A stretch of DNA of 28,093 nt from a virus. Lineage: Duplodnaviria; Caudoviricetes. The stretch covers positions 1 to 28,093 of IMG/VR virus record IMGVR_UViG_3300037541_000148; one strand, written 5' to 3'. Every line of letters starts with the position of its first letter. Position 1 is the stretch's first letter. The notes below the pieces were generated by a model. That model did not search any database. It was not told the origin of the DNA and saw only the letters and a list, made by a program, of their open reading frames with translations. The position numbers and the translations under genes are program-made. Shown one piece after another: positions 25,033-28,093 of this stretch.

Positions 25033-25100
25033 CATGGAGGCTGTAAGTCCATGTTGTCTCCTGTTGTAACTTTGCCCCTTGCAATGAGGGGCATTTTTTT
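25031..25100 (+). ncRNA. Candidate small RNA / 3'UTR element with anti-Shine-Dalgarno sequence
   Basis: Hairpin agcatgga/tccatgtt (25031-25055), then single-stranded gtctcctgtt, then a terminator; complementary to the RBS and AUG of ORF 24399..24650. Confidence 0.45.
25073..25100 (+). terminator. Rho-independent terminator
   Basis: Stem tgcccct/aggggca with a 7-nt loop followed by T7. Confidence 0.85.
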
Positions 25101-25108
25101 GATATAGT
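25079..25108 (+). promoter_or_regulatory. Sigma70-type rightward promoter overlapping the terminator
   Basis: TTGCAA (25079-25084), 18-nt spacer, TATAGT (25103-25108); the predicted start near 25114 coincides with the first helix of the structured region. Confidence 0.6.
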
Positions 25109-25111
25109 CAT

Positions 25112-25272
25112 CTGGTCGGCGTGGCAACCGGCAGGGAAACAAGATAACCCCAGAACATTTAGGTGGGGTATGTGTGGTCACAATGTCTTTCTTGTTTCAG
25201 ACTGCGTGATTGCCCATGCCAAGGGCCATGCCCCTCCTAAGTCTTCTGGGGTTTTGCTTTTGGTGGCCGACC
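25112..25272 (+). ncRNA. Structured RNA leader resembling phage C4/c4-2-type motifs
   Basis: 5' hairpin gtcgg-cgtggcaa-ccggc; long interrupted stem aaccccagaa/ttctggggtt, ttagg/cctaa, ggggtatg/catgcccc, gtggtcac/gtgattgc; loop tggca complementary to tgcca (25217-25221); U-rich tract after the stem. The family assignment is from memory of the architecture. Confidence 0.6.
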
Positions 25273-25683
25273 TTGCAAGAGTCTATCGGGAAAGGCTTCA
25301 GACCGAGGGTAGGTAGCGAGTAACCGTACTGCGTCATGGCATCGGCGAAAGTGGAGTCCCCAAGGAGCAGAGCCACAACAGTTCTGGCTTGCAAGTATCC
25401 GCCGCACAGAGGACTCCCAGAGCGGCCCACAGGGAGGCGTGTCGTAAAGGTTAGCTGCCTTGGATGGCGAGACCAATCCGATCCTTCATTGAGACGGTAC
25501 ACGGTTGTGAGAATAGCGATGCCCACCGGATGTGTGTTAGGGAAAGCCATGTGTCGCATGGCTTAATCCGGTGGATAGGTTACGTCAGCGACTGAACGTA
25601 GCCCCTGTCGAGGCGAACGAAACGACCGACGAGCAGGTAAGCCTGGCTGAATTGGGAACACCGATTCAGTTAGGCAGGCTTTT
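25270..25683 (+). ncRNA. Large multi-helix structured RNA of unknown family
   Basis: Near-continuous set of helices with many G-U pairs (listed in findings) and no credible ORF. Confidence 0.6.
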
Positions 25684-25716
25684 GTCTCCGCTTCACTCAC
25701 TCACTCGGAGCAGGTA

Positions 25717-25920
25717 ATGAAATACTACTATTTCAAGAAACCCAGTTCAGCGGCTCATATCTGGTTAGTTGATGACACGGCGTGTCGTATGTACTCGACA
25801 GGGGGCATAAGAAAAACCGGCAAGGTATACGATCACCCTGCCGGTCGGCGTATATGTCAGATGTGTAGTCGAGCAGAACCTGAAAAGGTAGAACTGCGAG
25901 ATGCAACGATTTACTTGTGA
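25717..25920 (+). CDS. Small Cys/His-containing hypothetical protein
   Basis: 67 aa; AHIW....TACRM...RRICQMC suggests Zn binding; RBS GGAG 6 nt upstream. Confidence 0.65.
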   Translation: MKYYYFKKPSSAAHIWLVDDTACRMYSTGGIRKTGKVYDHPAGRRICQMCSRAEPEKVELRDATIYL

Positions 25921-26120
25921 TGATCAATAAATTCGTCGAGGCCTGAGCCGGTCAGGACGTAAGCGGCGTCTTTATATTCCACAGTGATTAGTTGTTTTCT
26001 TAGCCACTCGTATCGTTTGATTTGGTGTTCTAGTTCTTCAAGCCTTACTGCTGCTCGCTTCGCTACAGCGGCGTCGGCCCAGGGTCCGTTAATCCCCTTT
26101 AGCTGGTCGATCAAGTTCAT
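25911..26120 (-). CDS. Hypothetical phage protein
   Basis: 69 aa; AA.RLEELE...RYEWLR...LDEFID pattern common among small phage accessory proteins; RBS AAGGA. Confidence 0.65.
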   Translation of the reverse strand: MNLIDQLKGINGPWADAAVAKRAAVRLEELEHQIKRYEWLRKQLITVEYKDAAYVLTGSGLDEFIDHHK

Positions 26121-26274
26121 TGGTTAAATCCTTCAAGAGTTCTTCGGCCAAAGCTTTAAGCGCGATGGACTTTAGCATCAGGGTATAGGCCTGACGATAG
26201 GCATGTTCTGCTTCGTCATGGAGCTGTTCCACACGGACTTGTAATTGGACTCTTGGATCAATTTTTAACATCAT
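26089..26274 (-). CDS. Hypothetical helical protein
   Basis: In-frame ATG at 26274 (MMLKIDPRVQ...) of track ORF 26089..26481 avoids a long overlap with the sigma-like gene. Confidence 0.55.
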   Translation of the reverse strand: MMLKIDPRVQLQVRVEQLHDEAEHAYRQAYTLMLKSIALKALAEELLKDLTNELDRPAKGD

Positions 26275-27109
26275 GTAACCCCTGTTTCCACCCCTCACGG
26301 AAGGCATCCACGATGTAAACGTCGTTGAGAGGGATCTTGTTAAAGTGACTGTAGGCGGTCCAGAAATGTGATCGACTAACCACCCGCTTTGCACAATTCT
26401 GGGTGGCTCTGTCATAGGCATAGTAAAAGGCTTGTTCACAGGCATCAAGAAGTTCTTTGGCGGGTTTCTTTCTTGCCACAAAAATATGCCAAGCGGCAGA
26501 ACGTTTACTGGAAAACGTATCTATATCAAGGCAGGACATTAACTTGTCTTTACGATGCGCCTCTCTAAGTTTCATTAATCCTTTATGTTCAAGCTGTCTA
26601 ACCCTTTCTCTTGTCACATCAAAGGCCCGACCAACTTCTTCTAAATTGTGTTCTTTGGAACCGTCCATGCCGTACCGCATCTTGATGATCTTCGCTTCCT
26701 TTGGCGACAAAGTATGTAAGACCTCATGGACTTTCTCTTGGATTTCTTTTTTATGAACCATGTCCTCGAGGGATAAGGTTTCTTCTTCCCCGCCGTAGGT
26801 AAGAACGGATATCTGATGTTTATCCAACAAGACCTGGCCTTTGTTGGTGGTCAGGGTATTCCATAGCTGTTCTTCAGACCAAAGATCTTCAGGTAAGGCA
26901 CAGAAGTAATCTAATAACTTTTGTGCGGTGGCTGTGAACGTACCGTCTTGTTTAAGCGGAGCTTCTTTTAAGGTTATCAATCGGTGGATAGACTGCATAT
27001 GAACGCCGATGTCTCGAGAGAACTCAGCAATTGATTTAAACCCAGCATTCTCTATGGCAGTCAGCAGTAGATTGTTTTTTATTTTTAGTTCTACGCGATA
27101 CTCTTTCAT
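26258..27109 (-). CDS. HTH plus sigma70 region 4 domain protein (no recognisable region 2)
   Basis: ATG at 27109 with ATGA overlap. N-terminal SIAEFSRDIGVHMQSIHRLI HTH; LSPKEAKIIKMRYG....EHNLEEVGRAFDVTRERVRQLEHKGLMKLR closely follows RpoD region 4. Confidence 0.85.
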   Translation of the reverse strand: MKEYRVELKIKNNLLLTAIENAGFKSIAEFSRDIGVHMQSIHRLITLKEAPLKQDGTFTATAQKLLDYFCALPEDLWSEEQLWNTLTTNKGQVLLDKHQISVLTYGGEEETLSLEDMVHKKEIQEKVHEVLHTLSPKEAKIIKMRYGMDGSKEHNLEEVGRAFDVTRERVRQLEHKGLMKLREAHRKDKLMSCLDIDTFSSKRSAAWHIFVARKKPAKELLDACEQAFYYAYDRATQNCAKRVVSRSHFWTAYSHFNKIPLNDVYIVDAFREGWKQGLHDVKN

Positions 27110-27354
27110 AGCTTCTCCCATGCTGCTTGGAATCCTTTAAGCCAAGCCTTCTCCCAGGCGATACACCACAGGTCATACGACCCATCAAGTGGAAACTTGA
27201 AATCTTCCTTGCCTTTCATCATGGCTTTAACATCTCTTCGCTTGATGAATGCCTCCCAAGCTTTGTCTCTGTCAGGGTTAACAAGGGGTACGTCATCGAA
27301 CAGTCCTTTCTTTCCGCCTTTACTTTTCTGGTGCATGTTGTGATCACCACTCAT
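27106..27354 (-). CDS. Hypothetical protein
   Basis: 82 aa, ATGA-coupled at both ends, Trp-rich C-terminus. Confidence 0.65.
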   Translation of the reverse strand: MSGDHNMHQKSKGGKKGLFDDVPLVNPDRDKAWEAFIKRRDVKAMMKGKEDFKFPLDGSYDLWCIAWEKAWLKGFQAAWEKL

Positions 27355-27575
27355 AGCTCACTCCTTGCTCGGATTGCTTGCGCTGCCAACTTTGTAATGT
27401 CAGATGCGTACTTAGGGTGTACGGACAGCACGTCACACACTCTTGCACACGCCTCACGCTCGGCAGCGGCGACAAGGGTGGCGAAGCGTGTTACAGAACC
27501 TAATGGTTTTTCGTCAGATCCGTAAGCCAATCCAGCCTCCCGCGCCATGCGGATGATTTCTTCTCTAGTCATCAT
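27351..27575 (-). CDS. Hypothetical phage protein (AAEREACA family pattern)
   Basis: MTREEIIRMAREAG...RFATLVAAAEREACARVC...AAQAIRAR is a very common small-protein pattern in proteobacterial phages. Confidence 0.75.
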   Translation of the reverse strand: MMTREEIIRMAREAGLAYGSDEKPLGSVTRFATLVAAAEREACARVCDVLSVHPKYASDITKLAAQAIRARSEL

Positions 27576-27804
27576 TGGCCACCTTTCTAAGTAACTTAAC
27601 TAAGTTTTCAAGCGTCTCAAGACTGTAGCTACCAGCAGTCAGGTACACCACCGTCTTAGTGGTTGGCTCCCGCCAAGCTTCGTCTTGGCACCTTTTCCAT
27701 GTGTCGGCAATCCACTGTCGTGTTTGCTCTAGCGTCATGGCGCTTGTTGCTATGGGCAAAGGCTCTCCGTCTGCTGGTGTCTTTGCGTTTTTGTTTTCGC
27801 TCAT
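27565..27804 (-). CDS. Hypothetical protein
   Basis: In-frame ATG at 27804 (MSENKNAK...) overlaps the upstream stop as ATGA; RBS AGGAG. Confidence 0.6.
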   Translation of the reverse strand: MSENKNAKTPADGEPLPIATSAMTLEQTRQWIADTWKRCQDEAWREPTTKTVVYLTAGSYSLETLENLVKLLRKVANDD

Positions 27805-28093
27805 GCTAAGAACTCCTTGATGGCCTCGTACACATCCGTGCGTCCGTGCTGGTCGTTTAAGCGTATGTCCCACCCTGCGTAGCGCATCTCTTTCTCAACC
27901 CATCGCAGAAGCGCATGGGCTTTATCTGAATCCCTTATGATCGCATCTCGCTCATCGCATACGGCTTCGTAAGCCTTTTCCCATACATGCAATCGGCGCA
28001 GTTCGTCGGCGGCTTCTCCGCATAGACCCGTGTGGCTGAATTGCACGTCAAGTTCTTCTAGCGCATCAGCCAGCACTAAGGCTTTTACGATTT
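27801..28093 (-). CDS. Hypothetical phage protein (probably 5' truncated)
   Basis: Frame is open to the window edge (...IVKALVLADALEE); LADALE...EAADELRRLH pattern typical of small phage proteins. Confidence 0.65.
   Translation of the reverse strand, partial: IVKALVLADALEELDVQFSHTGLCGEAADELRRLHVWEKAYEAVCDERDAIIRDSDKAHALLRWVEKEMRYAGWDIRLNDQHGRTDVYEAIKEFLA

Noticed and set aside
25101-25110. gatatagtca resembles the group I intron S element (GAUAUAGUC)
   Set aside because: It lies at the 5' end of the structured region rather than near its 3' end, there is no matching R element upstream or interrupted gene, and it is explained by the -10 box.
25197-25566. Track ORFs 25197..25559 (-), 25237..25476 (-) and 25336..25566 (+)
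   Set aside because: They overlap each other, lack a clear RBS or recognisable motif, and are better explained as chance frames in a GC-richer structured RNA region.

Overview
A 28-kb segment of a dsDNA tailed phage genome. It looks podovirus-like and resembles uncultured aquatic phages; a Gram-negative, probably proteobacterial host is an inference. Positions 1-20115 (+) form a late operon: a Gly-rich tail-fibre gene (5' truncated) and fibre-associated genes, a TIGR02466-type 2OG-Fe(II) oxygenase, a lysis cassette (holin-like genes, GH24 lysozyme), a tail nozzle/stabilisation-type protein, and five putative internal virion/ejection proteins. These include a 1182-aa Thr/Pro-rich protein and a 1967-aa polyvalent protein with zincin, ADP-ribosyltransferase-like and LPD38-like regions. 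Positions 20104-24650 (-) form an early recombination operon (Ref-like nuclease, SSB, ERF, Cas4/AddB-like nuclease) behind a near-consensus sigma70 promoter. A short + strand island (24717-25920) holds a perfect 26-bp palindrome, a VRR-NUC-like nuclease, a candidate anti-Shine-Dalgarno sRNA, and a roughly 570-nt densely base-paired non-coding region with its own promoter, which is the most interesting feature. Positions 25911-28093 (-) hold small accessory genes and a protein with only sigma70 region 4 plus an HTH. Three free-standing HNH endonuclease genes sit at gene junctions. No replication initiator, helicase, primase, polymerase, tRNA or CRISPR array was recognised. All family calls come from motif recognition by eye, not database searches.
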